Shown: positions 1 through 12,801, counted from the first letter of the stretch. The stretch is 64,000 bases of DNA from Macrostomum hystrix (GCA_950097015.1 CATNEN010000030.1:4588001-4652000), one strand, 5' to 3'. The notes: generated by a model not told the origin, from the letters alone. Numbers and translations are program-made.

Positions 1-1879
1 AGATCTTTACAAAAAACAGATTTCGCACCAATTAAAATTGTAATATTTAGTTTTTGCAAATGTTTCAGCTTAAAATTTGAACTTAAATTTTCAGCTTAAA
101 TTTGATTCCACTGTCTTACTTACATCTTAAAGTACAAAATAAGTGAACAACTTATTAATAGTTTGAAATTCACTGCCAGCTAAATTGTTTAGTTTAGTTG
201 CCATATTATCAAAACTGCCATATTATAAAAAATTCACTGCCAGCTAAATTGTTTAGTTTAGTTGCCATATTATCAGACTTCATTTTTTGATAGGCCTATG
301 CAGCCTATGCAACATGGAACATGGAACATGTAGAATATGTGTAGCATAAAATGATGGCCCAAAAGGTTGAAATAGCCTAGGGTAGAGGTTGGCAAACTTT
401 ATCAGTTAGAGGGCTAGAGAGCTAGAGGCCAGTGCCACATGACAGAAAAAGCAATAAAGTTTTTTCTTTATCCACATTGAAACCTAAGCAATAGATTAGA
501 AATCTGGCAAGTGGCAGCATCATCAAAAGCCTTGTGCATAGACTTTCAGTGTGCCTTTTCATGTCTCTCTAAAAAATGTTTTTGGCCTAAGGAAAACTAA
601 ATAGGCATAGTCAGTGGTCCATGTCTACTTTGCCCCTTTTCTGCAGCAGTGCTAAAGCCATTGTGTTTTGATAAATAATGCAAGGAATTAATTCAATAGT
701 CCTTTTAGTTTTTGCTGTTTGGCATATAAAACTCTTTTGTCTAGATTTAGCAGGTGATTCGGGCAACATGATTGATATACAACAATATGATATTTTGCTA
801 ACAACTGACATACACAAATCACTATAATTGTAATCTTAATTTTACACTAACCCCTCCTTTATCCAGAGCCACATAGAGCTAAAGCCATACTTAGCCCACA
901 TTGAGGTGATAAGTAGGGCCTATAGAATGCAGTGTATGAAATAAGTTTGCAACCCACATGGACATTAAAGGATAGCCAAATGGTGTAGGCCAGATAATGA
1001 GGCCTTGTAGGCCAGATTTGGCATTGAGCCTGCAGGCCCAAGTTTGACTACTACTCTCTGGGGATCCTAGTCATTTTGTCAACTGGTCACTTTGTCAACT
1101 GTTTTCCCATATTAGTTGTTTCATCAACTGGCCAATGGGAAACTCGCAAACCTTGGTCATTTTGTCAACTGGGCAATGGGGCAATCTCCAATCTTGGTCA
1201 CTTCATCAACTGCCAATAAAATATCACCTATCCATGACTTGTATGGCTTGTATTGCCTAACCCATACAAATATAGATAAGAAATGCTTTGTTAAAACAAT
1301 ATCATATTCAAATTGGTCGAACTGAATAAATTACTGTATTAAATTTATACCACATGACAACAATCACTTTAATTCTAATATACTAGGCCTATAGTGTAAA
1401 TATACTGGTGCAATGTCAAATGCAATGGATTAGTTAGCTACATGCAATAGCGCAACAAGTTTTTTTGGTGCAACTCTCTAGCAGCGCTCCTTTCTTATTC
1501 TGGGCTTGGGACCAGACAATGGCAGAGTTAGGCCCTACTGCACAAAGTCAGTTTTTACTAGAATAAGTAAGGCTGAAAATATCACAAAGATCACAAAGGT
1601 CACAAAAATCAAGTGGGTATGGGCATACATGTACATGTGAGTATATACAATTTCTGTCTAGTAATAGGTATGACAAATAGGTATGACATGCACATGGAAA
1701 TTTGTCACACTGTCAAAAGGCTACATGGTCCTAAATGATTGTCGACTATTGCTTTACCACTAATGCTGCTGTGCCCTGTGATGAGCAAACTGTGGGATGT
1801 GACTGAGGTGCATGCAGCTTAGTAGGAAGGTGCAAATGGAGAGATGCCCAGCACAATATTGCCCCCAGTACCACTCGAC

Positions 1880-3100
1880 TTGCACCTGCAACTGCTTTTA
1901 CTGCGCCCTGTGCTGTGGCTCTTGAACCCCTTGCTCTTGGCCCACTGCTTCAGTTGCCTGTGTCAACCCTCCACCTTGTTGGTCCAGATAGACTGGCTAT
2001 ATATGCTTATCTTGGTGACACTGTGTACCAGATTGGTCAGACACATGCTGCTGACATACTCTGCCAAGTCTAGTAGCAACAGAGTTTGCACACATGACTT
2101 GGGCCAGTCCATTTTATGTGCTCTGCTGGCAGGTATGGCAGGGCCATCAGCATCCTGGTGAAATCCCTGTGACATGTAATAAAGTGGCAAATTATAAAAT
2201 ATATTCAAAGATGAGAGTCATCTTTTGAGAGTCAACTGTTTTTAGATATATTAAAGACCAAAATTGACATTACCTGGTACTGCCAGATAGGCCCTCTGTA
2301 GACCCAGGTGCTGTACAAGATGGAAAATAGCCTGAGCATAGTGGAACAGGTAGCCCTGGAGTCTGAGAGCCTGGAAGAAGACTCACAGAGGTTGCCAAGC
2401 TACAGCTTCATAGTCCAAGATGCAAACCTCCAGCACAGCGTCAACAAGAGTCCCTTCAATGAGTTGAAAACTGGTATGCAATTGTTCACAGACTTACCTG
2501 ACATCAATGCATAGGCCAGGATGACCTGCTTCACTGTTGTATCCTGCTGGATATAGCAGTGAATTGTACAATGGTACAATGCTTGAATGGTGCATAGACA
2601 ACATTGAATGTGCCATCCAGGGGCCAAATCCTGCAGGAGGCAAGCAGGTCAGGCTGATTGGCAGTGTACAAAAGCAAAAGGCACTTACCTGTCCTTTGCA
2701 CTTGGAGATTGAAGCAAACAAAATCCGGAGGGATGCGGTCCATAGCCAACTCAAACTGCAGGTCCGTAGGAGATACTGGATGCTCAGCCTCACAAGCCCT
2801 GTTGGCAATCCACACCAGCTTACTGATAGTGGGCACCTCCAGACCAAAGTCTGCTAGGCCATGGGCTAGTAGCTTTGATTCCATGATCGCTGCTGCTGAC
2901 CAGAAGCCCAGCCTCTTGGCTTCATCCTTTACCTTGGCAACAATTCAAGACAAGTAATAAAGACATGAAGATGCAAACTTACCGAAATCAGTAGCATATA
3001 ACTCTGCCAAAAGACCCTCCGCCACAGGTTCTGCTGCAGGCTCCACCATGGGCACACAAGTGGCACATGACCATGCAAACAGGTTTTGCCACATAAGCTG
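1880..3100 (-). pseudogene. Decayed Mutator-like (MULE) DDE transposase with two short probable introns
   Basis: Minus-strand fragments give MULE-type motifs in order: ANRA..HP.SP.DLQF.L..., WPLDGTFNVVYAPF (first D), IHCYI...KQVILAYALMS, DYEAVAW (second D), QGYLFHYAQAIFHLVQHLGLQ (GCxFH-like), MLMALPYLPAEHI and IWTNKVEG*H (TNNxVEGWH with W changed to stop). Frameshifts and stops are present. Probable GT-AG introns lie at 2982-2933 and 2273-2167. No TIRs were identified. Confidence 0.8.
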
Positions 3101-5295
3101 CATGTACTCTGCTTTTGAGATTCGAGTTCCACAAGTTCAATGTTGCCACTTTTGGCACAAATTGCACTATATGGCCTGTTGCCATGGCCACACAGTCTCT
3201 GAGCACTAAATACACTTATCAGTCGCCATTGCCAAGATGCAAAAATTGAGTGGTCCTTCTGAAATCCTACTACATTATATAGTGTTTGAGGAGGGTGCAG
3301 GTTTAAGTATTTTTGATTGGCTTGGCTGGTGGGCCGGTTGTTGAGACATGATAGTTGAGGATATAAGACATGGTGCTAATTTGCACCTCACAAGAGCTGC
3401 CTTACCAATTAAAAGTGTTATCTGCCCCAATACTGGAGCAGATGTTGTCATTTACCCTCTGCTCCAGCACCAACCACATTTTGATTGAAACCAAGAACAG
3501 GATGGGGTGCACATTGTCAGCTTGGGGGTGGGTGCAAAGATGGAATTAACAGGTGTCAAAAGATGTTGGAATTTGTTTGAGCTGTTTATTTATACATACA
3601 GTGAAGAGTGCAATGTGTATTGAGGTTGAATGAGTTCAATTCTCATTCGGTGGGGATTTCAGAAAGTGGGTGCCAAGAAGAGGGATGTTTACCAACAAAA
3701 ACATGACAATGTGCAATGTGACTGTGCACAACTCCCATTCTCTCTCTCTCACTCTCCCTCTCTCACACATATGTTGGTGATTTGGTTTAAACAAACCAAA
3801 TTTCTTGAAGTTTTCTCTTACAATGAATTTCAATTTGCATCTGGATACACACATGATGGTAACTAGACAATGTTACACTATAACAGTTTTTTACTATTTG
3901 GCAAAGTGACTAACAGTGTGAGGTTATTTTGTCAACTGGCCAATGAGGCAGCCTCAAACCTGGGTCACTTTGTCAACAGTATGACCACCCTTGGTCACTT
4001 TGAGGCAGTTAAGGAAATGAACAAAACTCTGATTTTCTATATATAGTTGCTATAGCTTTATTCCTATAGATTTATTAGTTGGTGTAGTAATTAATATAGT
4101 CAGTTAGACTGATATACCCACTCTATATCCATTTGAGGCTGTCACAGTTTTTATTAACACAGCTAGATATTTATTAAATGTCTTACTGGTATCAAATTTA
4201 CATTCTGTATAGGGCCTACTCAACTAAAAAGCATACATTTGTAATTTCAGGACTTAAACCATATGTGGGTTAAAATTTGTAAACATATCTTATAGTAAAT
4301 TGGGTAGGCCTAACAAAAAATAGATTCTCCTTATCTACTAAAGTTTTTATCTTAATTCAATATAGGTACTAAAATAATCACAATTTATTTGTTTGTTTCT
4401 TCTTGCTTTGAAACTTATAAGAAAATTGTTTATGATTTATGCAAGGAAAACAAAACTAGAAAAAAATGTTTGGATCCTTCTGGTATAATAGTAGCTTTGC
4501 TGCATTTACTAATAAAATGCCATACTATTATGATGTTGTGCTATTATTAAACTACAATGTAGAACAAAAATCCTTTAATTTTATTCTATAGGTCAAAACT
4601 AAAACCAGTTAATAGCAAACATTTCTGTGTGTTAATGGGGGCTTCATTTTTGTTAGTCTTAAATGTTATTTGGGTGAGCAATTTGAAAGACATTTGTTCT
4701 CTGCTTTAATCTCTGCTACATGGGGACATTTCACTTTGAATGTGATTGTAAGTGCATAGAATGCATGCTGAAATAAAAATGTGATTGCCAATAGATTTTT
4801 AGTATAGTTTTTTGGCTGTTTTTATACATTTGACTTATTATTCCAGCTCAGAATGCCAAAATGCTTTTGGCAAAAAAGTGTTTTATAGGCTGTAATGTGA
4901 AAATTTCTTGGGTAGTGTGCTTGTGGGATATTGTTTTTTGTGCATTCGTTAACTATTAACTAGTTAAACATTGTTTTCTGCTAAAGAGGGGGGATTGTTA
5001 TCTGCTAAGAGATATATTGGTTGCCTCCTGTTGAACATTGGTTTTCTTCTGCTGGGGTGAGACTTTTCATCCGCAAAGGGTTTTGCATGCCTGTTATGCC
5101 CTGATGGATTATATCTAGGCCACCCTCAGTAATCCACTCGAAGGGGCTAAATGGCTAGTGTATGTACTAACATGCTGTAATGAGCCTGCAAATAATGGAT
5201 TTGTAGCCACTTTGCCAAGTGCGCTAGCAATTTCTGTCAAAGGAGACGAGCTCATTAACTTTATATTTTTGCAGATAGTGATTGAAGAGATCAAG

Positions 5296-8200
5296 ATGAT
5301 GCTCTCCTCCAATGCATCTGATTTTGCTAATCAAGCTGATGTTCAGAATGAAGCCAATCCATTGTCTGAGGCTTCAGACATAGATGTTGAATACTCACTG
5401 CCCAGTCATGTTAATCAACCTGCGCATGGCTACATCAGAATTATCAAGACAACTAGCTTTTTCGCGAACTTTCTATTTCTTCTAGTAAGTATAAATTTTT
5501 AGTACTAATTATACTTAAAAATTAGAATTCCAGTCTAATTCCATTAGAGTTCCATTCCTAACATTCAATTCGTGTATATAATTTTCGTATATATTATTTT
5601 CCATTGAATGTTTTAGTCACCACTTACTTGAGCTTAAACGCGCATGCAATTTTATTTTAGGAAGCTTTTATCTGGCTTTACTAGAATCGCTTAGTCTGTG
5701 CCAACCTTGAATTTGCCTCTGCTAATCCAATTAACAGGCGGCATGCGCGCAATCAAGCGCAGCCTTAGTGGACCTTGCCAGCCTGTACTCGGTGTCCCTG
5801 GCCACTATCAGTGTATTCCAGTCCATCAACTGTGTCTCGTACATATCGGGCACCTGGATTGGCGGCCTTCTATACACCCGTTTGAATGTGTTTGGTCTGC
5901 TCTCCGGATTCTCTGTTGTGCTCATGTTGGGCCTGGCCATGTGCAGCTTTATGCCCAATATTGCGTTGTTCTTTGCCACCTCCGGCCTAGGAGCAATTGC
6001 TGGTGGCGCCATCGATTCTAGTGAGTTACCTGACACCTGTTCGGTCGCACTATCACTGGAATTCTTGATATTTAGAATATCCAGAATATGTCCTGGATAC
6101 TTTATAGAAAAAATATATTTGCAGCAGTACAATGGACACTGACACATTATTTGGTGACAGGACAGCAGACCCACAGTCAGCGACAAGCATTTCTGCCCAT
6201 TCCGCTGAACCCTAAACACAACAGCACGCAGATAATGAATACAGGCGTGCACACACACAGGGATTTAAATCTGCCCTGACTTTCTCATTGTCAGTGTGTG
6301 CCTTTCACAGACCAAGAAATATAACTAGACTGCGCATGAGGGTAAAAAAAGTTGTGCCTATTTCCTAGTAGGAAAAGTGGCACCCCAGTGCCCACTCCCC
6401 CACGATCGATAATTGTGGCCGGGCCTTTCTTCTTACCCTCAGCCAACTCAGCTTGTCGGGGTCTCTTTTTCTTTATGTTCGTAACTAGTGAAAATTCAGA
6501 CTCAGTAAGAAATAAGATTAACAAATTAACAACTACAGATTCATTTTTAATTTATCTAGAATTTTTTGCACGCATTAAATGGCAAATATATAGTTTATCA
6601 CGGGAATAAGCTTAAACAGAATGCATTGAAGCCATAACTTACCAGGCTCCATATGCGAATACGCTGATTACAAATTAAGAAAAATCGCTGTTCGAAGCAG
6701 CCTTTGCCTCTTGCCGGGTTTTCTTCCAGCGCGTGAAAGATCCTTAGTCAGCTTCTTCATTCGAATATTTATAAAAAGCATAGCCATTACTCGAATCAAA
6801 TGCAGCTTGTGAGACTCAATGCTGATCTCGCGGATGCCGAATGAGAGTCCAGTTCAGGGAACAGATCGATTGACATGCGCAGAATCTCCTGAACAGCTAC
6901 AGCACTAGAGAATCCGCTGCTGTAGCTGGCACGCCGAACAACAGTCTCTGCATTGAGCAGCACCCATTGCTGCTAGGAAAAATCAGGCCGCCAGTTCCTT
7001 CCTTGTTCAAAATTTTTTATGGCAACGAGTGAGCATGGTCCGCGTGAAGCTCCTGGCGTCTCAGAGCTTGCGATCAGAGCTGACCTGCACGGAGCACATT
7101 CAACTGCTTTCATCATTCTTCGGACGAACGCGCCTGCGATATAGCACACGATGGACTGGCAAATTTCACACACCGATGCATTCTTGCAGTGTTGGATTGA
7201 ACCCAGACTCAGTCCCATTTCATTTTGAGCTTTCATCTGCTTCCATGGCTGCTGTCCCGATGATGATGGCAGACAAGACAATGATAACTGAATAGTGGCA
7301 TCCTGCTGCCTCACATTCGGACTCACCGACTGTAGAATGAAGTTGAAGTAGAAGTTGAAGCAAGACTCTGCAAAGTGGACCGAGCAGACTTGGGTGGTCG
7401 CCGATGGTTTGAACTCCTTGCGTCGGAGCGCAACCAGCCACTTTCTCTTCATTTCAGTGTCCTTTGGAAAAAATGGAAGGACACTGCCGGAGACATTGAC
7501 GAGTTGTTCGAGCAGCCTAGAGCGCAGCAAAAGCTGCCGTGACTTTTTCTGCTAGGCAGTTTTGAAGAATTAGATTCTTCCATGGCAGTTCGATTTGGTG
7601 AGGATTGATTTAGATTCTAAGACTGAAGCAGCTTGCTTTGTATTTCAAGTATGTGTTTTATAAGTTTATATTTTTGGCCCCAGACCACTTTAATATATAG
7701 CTACATATCAACGCAGGCGGAAAGAAAAGCAAACCTGTACCCTAACTTCTTGCCCAAGCACAATTATCGATCGTTTTCGAGTAGGGAGAGAGGAACTATT
7801 TTTTTCCACTGTCATTTGGTCAAAAACAAGCCCAAGCAAGAAATGCGGGATGCGCAGTCTAGTTATATTTCTTGGTCTGTGGTGCCTTTAAGGTTGCTTC
7901 TCAATGGTAATAAATCGCACGACAAATCCCAAGCCTTTTCTCTGCGGATGCGCCCCAAATTAATGTGGCCTCGCCGCGGAATCGAGCCCTGGGACCATTG
8001 TGCGAGAGGCAAACACGTTAGCCGCTCTGCCATTCGCTCATTTGCCATTACTATTTATAGCGAAAATCGGTAAATATGAAACACGCAAAGTCGTGGACTC
8101 TGATTTCGGCGTCAGGATTGATTTGAATAGCCCCAATTTCGCATCAGGTTGGAGTCTCTCCATCACGTGTACCATTCGCTCGCTATTCCTACTCCAATCT

Positions 8201-9652
8201 ATTTTTTTCTTTCCTGTCGATGTTTTACAGGTTCTTTCTCGTCCACTGGAAGTCGCAAATATTTTTGTATCAATAATTTTTTTATTTCGTTTTACCATAA
8301 AGTCCATAACTTACCTGCCTAGTTGTGAACTCGCACTTCCTTGCCTTGTGGGATGGCCACCGTATTCGCGACTCGCTAATGCAAGGCCTGCACGCAGCCT
8401 GGTCGGCTGGGGCTATGGGTCTTGGCGCTGCGCTCAAACCCTTTTTGGATCCTAATCTGACTGCATCAACGAATTCGTCTTCAGCGTTTCCATACTCTGG
8501 TCGCGTCCAGTTCGCCTACATTTTGTTTGCCAGCCTCGGCACTCTGCCTCTAAGCACCCATATTCTTCTGTTCGCCTGGGATCACTGGACTGTCGGGTCC
8601 AAGCGCCGAAAGCGAACAGTTGACCGATCTAACACACTCGAAGCCCCAGTTAAGAATGGCGAGAGCGACATAGCGAGCAAAGCCCAGCCAAGCAAGCTGT
8701 CTGGCTGTTCGGCTCTCATTGTTATTTTATTTGCCATCCTTGTCAGACTATTTGATGTCGAAGGATTCATAAGCTCATTCCTGTCCTCCTATTTGTTCTA
8801 TGGCTTAAAATGGTCCACGCCCGACGCTTCAGTGGCCTTCTCTGTGTTCTTTGCTGGCCAGTTCTCAGGTCGCCTACTCAGCGTTCTCGTGTCCGCATTC
8901 GTCAGGCCGTTGCATATCCTACTGGCCAATGGCCTCCTTATTGTTGCGTCTGGCATTGTGCTGGGTACTTTTGGCCACATTATGCCGGTGAGTTGTAATT
9001 CTCTTTCGTTAGTTGCTTTAGATTGCAAAAAATGATTAGATCAGCTATTTGCCTATATAAACGAGTTGGCCTAGAAAATAAAAATTGTAAGTTTTAAAAA
9101 TTAATATTTCATTAGCTTATAGCAAGGTCATATGATTCGCGAGGCTGGATGAGAAGTTTTATTTATTTAAGACCTACACAGCTTGATAGCTACATAATGA
9201 TCGGGAATACGAGCTCTACGACGAAATATAAATATATTATAAATTTTTATTCGCCGTTGTCAGTTTGACGCTCTAAATTGCAACATATTTAAATCCCACA
9301 AACCTATTTGCAGGTCCCATACGTGACTTCCTTCGTGATGGGTATTGGCAATTCCAGCAGCTTTCCCAGCGTATTCCTCTGGTTGTCCGAGTTCGTGCCC
9401 ATCACTGGGCCCGTATCAGCCTCGCTTTTCCTTGGCGACCTGGTTTCCCTACTGTCACCAGCCTTTGGCCACGTCATCGAGACGAGCTGGCCAGCCTTCT
9501 TCGTGTGCTTCACCAGCGCATCTGGCTTTCTCAGCGTCTGCTCGTTGGCTATCGGAAACTGCGTTGGCCGGCGCCTAGTGGCCAAAGCGGTGGAGACTGA
9601 TGGGCCGCAACAGAGGGAGCTGTGTGAGACTTCTCAGCCCATGCCGACTTAG
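5296..9652 (+). CDS. Major facilitator superfamily transporter, MFSD4/sodium-dependent glucose transporter 1 (FucP)-like; 4 exons, about 491 aa
   Basis: Exons 5296-5484, 5738-6020, 8323-8987 and 9314-9652, with GT-AG junctions whose phases (0,1,0) match. There are multiple hydrophobic helices and family-like motifs (ALVDLASLY, LALWDG...MQGLHAAWSAG, SVFFAGQFSGRLL, MGIGNSSSFPS). Confidence 0.85.
6306..7881 (-). mobile_element. Non-autonomous P-superfamily DNA transposon (internal deletion derivative), 1576 bp
   Basis: Identical 32-bp TIRs CACAGACCAAGAAATATAACTAGACTGCGCAT (6306-6337 and 7850-7881) and a perfect 8-bp TSD GTGCCTTT (6298-6305 and 7882-7889). There is also a 15-bp internal inverted repeat CGATCGATAATTGTG (6403-6417 and 7759-7773), with THAP9/P-like coding remnants inside. 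Confidence 0.92.
6668..7583 (-). pseudogene. THAP domain plus P-element/THAP9 transposase C-terminal remnant; catalytic core missing
   Basis: From ATG 7583: FCCALGCSN...SFH(frameshift)FPKD...RKWLVALRR.EFKPS...VCSVHF (C2CH THAP). This is followed directly by YIAGAFVRRMMKAVECAPCRSAL, GGLIFPS and HLIRVMAMLFINIRMKKL...RQRLLRTAIFLNL* (stop 6668-6670), with several frameshifts. Confidence 0.8.
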
Positions 9653-12354
9653 CAAGTTCTGCTTAAACACGGCGCACTGGTTTCTATAGAATTGCTTTGC
9701 ATTTTTTGCATCCGATCATTCCACGTTGTAGCAAATAGTCACTCTTCTAGTACTAATAAAATTTAGGCTGCGCGACTATCTAAGTAAATAGCTAAATTGA
9801 TACATAATATACGATCTGTTGTGCTCTAAATACTCGTACTACGCTCGTACAACACTTTCAATCAATGTATAATTCGCATGCCTTCTTTTTAAGCCTGCCC
9901 CCCGACTCCGAGTTTTGTGACTTTACAGTAAACTTAATGGTCTTATTGTGTAACTTATTGTGTGATTTGGTCTTTTGGAATGAGCTTCTATTGATAGCTT
10001 CTGTTCTTTTGAAACAATTGATAGTTTCGCAATAGTATAGGTTCAATTTTTCAGTCTTGTTTCTATGCTTCACAATTTTAAGTGATACTGTATTATTAAC
10101 ATATTTTTTTTGGCTTGCGCATGCAGTTGAAAGAAAAGTTTCCTAAAAATATCATTTGAATTAAAAGACCGATTTAAATAAAGCTTTGTAAATTTTTCTA
10201 ATTTTTGTGCTTGGATCTGTTTATACCGTGACTAGAACTAAAGCAACAAAAGTCAACATTTATAGAAAGATATAAAAGATGATTTTCCAAACGTTTTTTT
10301 CATATATTTAATATCATCAAAAATTATTTACCACAAAAACTTGCATCTAAATGATACTCGTAAATTAAGCACTTTAGAATTTGAAAAAAAATTGGCGAAG
10401 ATCTATTCACATTCCCATCAAGCGAGTCCGAAAGTACATGAAAGTACAGATTTTTCTTTTTTGAGACAGTGACTGTTCTCTAATCGCCTCGTTTCCTTAT
10501 TGAAAAACGACTACAAATTTGTAACTTTTGTAACAGAAACGAATTGTTTTCATTTCTCCTTTACTATTTTACTATTATACTATCAGCTGTGCACGTTGCA
10601 AAATACATCTTTGTAAATGCCGTCACAATGTTCCTTGGTGCGTTCTGGTGGTAACAACTACGGGCTCGTATGTTGGTAACAACATAACTAAATTTTCAAT
10701 AAGTTGATCTTTCTGGCTGCGTCAGGTGGAAGAAAAGCCGCATTTATTTAATTTAACTCACAATCAACTTATGCTAATGAAGTCTCGACGTTGGCACAGC
10801 AATCAAATGAGGCAAAAACACAATTGTACTTATGACCGTTTAACTGAGAGTAATTCTACACCAAAGAGAGTCATTTCGTGAACGAGTAAAATTCTAAACG
10901 AAAAAAATTCCTTCCTTCAAGGTTGATATTGTCGTTGCTTAATCCTCTAAATTTCTTCGTGTTGGTCGTTTTAACAAATGTTTTAGATTAAAAGGTTATG
11001 TAATGCTCAAAACTAAACAAGTATGATTACGAAGTTTTAAATAACAATTTTTACACAAATAAAGTATTTTTTGGTAAACATACATATGTTGTTTATTTTG
11101 GCTTGATCAATGTAATTACAATACATTTAAGTCCTCAAAATACGATTTATTTCGCAATGCGGTACAAAAGTTCCATTGTGTATGGATATTTCAACCTTGA
11201 TATTTAAACTATATTGGCTTGCTGACTGTAGAATTGAATTTTTGTAAATGCAGAGCTTTTATGTATGAAGCGCGGGCTTCTTGAACTTTAATCCTTTAAA
11301 ATTACCTTGGGTTTTCCAATTGACTTGAAACTGGGTTGTTGATGGAGTTATATGTTGTAGCTTACCTGTAACTTTTAAAAGAATATCTGTACAGTAGTTA
11401 ATAAAAGTTCGCGTATAGTTTTTTAATAATAAAATTTATAACTAAGCCTAGTCTTTATTTACCTACTTTTATGAACAATTACTATCTATGAATAAATTAA
11501 TAAAAACATTTAAAGCTTTATAGCAAAAATGAAGTTTTTGCTATAAAGGCTGGTTGCTAAGTGATATTTGTAACTTTAATGTATAATATGTGACATTTTA
11601 TATTTAGCCTAAGTACTATATTTATGTAAAAAGTGCTCTATTTTTTGTTTAGAAATTTTGATTTTGTATTAAGACAGTTTTTATATGTGTTTATTTAAAT
11701 ATTTGATAATGAAACATCTTTCTATTCAGTCTAAGTCAAGTTCAGTCAAGAGATTTTTCTTAGATAGCTACCTAAAGCTATGGCTATATTAGCTAGCAAT
11801 AACCAATTGTTTTAGCCATAATTATTTTCGGCATCTAAATTAATGATTCCAATGTAATGATCCAGTGTAATGATCTGTTTGTATTGCAATCAACAGTGAT
11901 ATGTTTGTTATAAATAAACAAACCTATTATTCTAAAATTATATATTTAAAGAATTAAATGTGGGCCAAAATGGTTTTAAGCCAAAAATTGTTTGTGACCA
12001 GAATTCTAGCTTGTAAAATTACTTATAAATGAAGCTAGCTTAAATAAGTTTTAGGTTCTTTTTGGAAACAGTCCCTAATGGAGCAACTTTAAAAAAGCTG
12101 AGGACACTCCTGCTAGGCATGCAGGTGCGCAGTTGTTTTCAAGAAAAAGAAAAAGAAATCTGCAATTGCTATATATCTTCAGTCTGACTCAATGTAGTAT
12201 TTGATTTCACATAAAAATGTCAAAAGACAATTTTTTTCTCTGTAGTGTATTTCTATAATTAGAACAGCTAAGGTTGTCTTTTCACACTTGGGCATTGCGG
12301 AGCATGTATTTGTGTAGGGGCACAAGGGCGCACTGTTTGTTATACATCTACATA

Positions 12355-12634
12355 CATACATGCGCAACACCCGGCCGACCCAGCCAAACTGGCCGGGTGA
12401 AACAAGTGCCAAGCAAGGTAAGTCCCAAAAACCAATCGACCAAGCGCAAAAAAATCAAAGGGGGGACCAAGGGACAAAAAAGGAAGGCGTGAAGAAAAGG
12501 AAAGAAGGGAGAGAAAAAGAGAGCAAACAAGAGCAAACTAAGTTGCAAATAGAGCAATGAAACAAACTAAGTCGTAATTAGAGCAAAAACTAAATCGCAC
12601 GGCCGGCTAAGATTTGGGAGGTTGCGCATGTATG
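12355..12634. mobile_element. 280-bp MITE (hAT- or P-type) with 14-bp TIRs and 8-bp TSD
   Basis: TIR CATACATGCGCAAC (12355-12368) and GTTGCGCATGTATG (12621-12634), with TSD TCTACATA at 12347-12354 and 12635-12642. The interior is purine-rich and non-coding. Confidence 0.85.
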
Positions 12635-12699
12635 TCTACATACTTACGACAACTTTACACAGACAGGACGCGGCTGCGTGGACAGGAATTTCTTTCTGC

Positions 12700-12801
12700 A
12701 CAGCTGCGCAGGCAATTTTTCACAAGTGCGCCAATAGGGGATAAACTGGCTCCAATAGGGGATTCAGTTTATCATTTTTATTAATATTTTTGTGGGTAAG
12801 T
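12700..12801 (+). promoter_or_regulatory. Candidate promoter or non-coding first exon of the CBP gene
   Basis: A twice-repeated CCAATAGGGGA (about 12732 and 12753) follows a GC-rich patch, then a strong donor G|GTAAGT at 12796. It could splice to the acceptor at 15163-15164, two bases before the CBP ATG. This is inference without transcript evidence. Confidence 0.3.

Larger units (their letters stand above)
6105..8040 (-). mobile_element. tRNA-derived SINE family 1, copy A, split by the P-element (segments 6105-6305 and 7882-8040)
   Basis: The minus-strand head TGGCAGAGCGGCTAACG...GCTCGATTCCGCGGCGAGGCC has A/B-box-like motifs. The body (GACAATGAGAAAGTCAGGGCAGAT, AATGGGCAGAA) matches copies at 13.4, 26.8 and 62.9 kb and resumes on the far side of the inserted element. 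Confidence 0.8.

Noticed and set aside
166-275. 46-bp direct duplication (166-211 and 230-275)
   Set aside because: An ordinary local tandem duplication with no associated structure.
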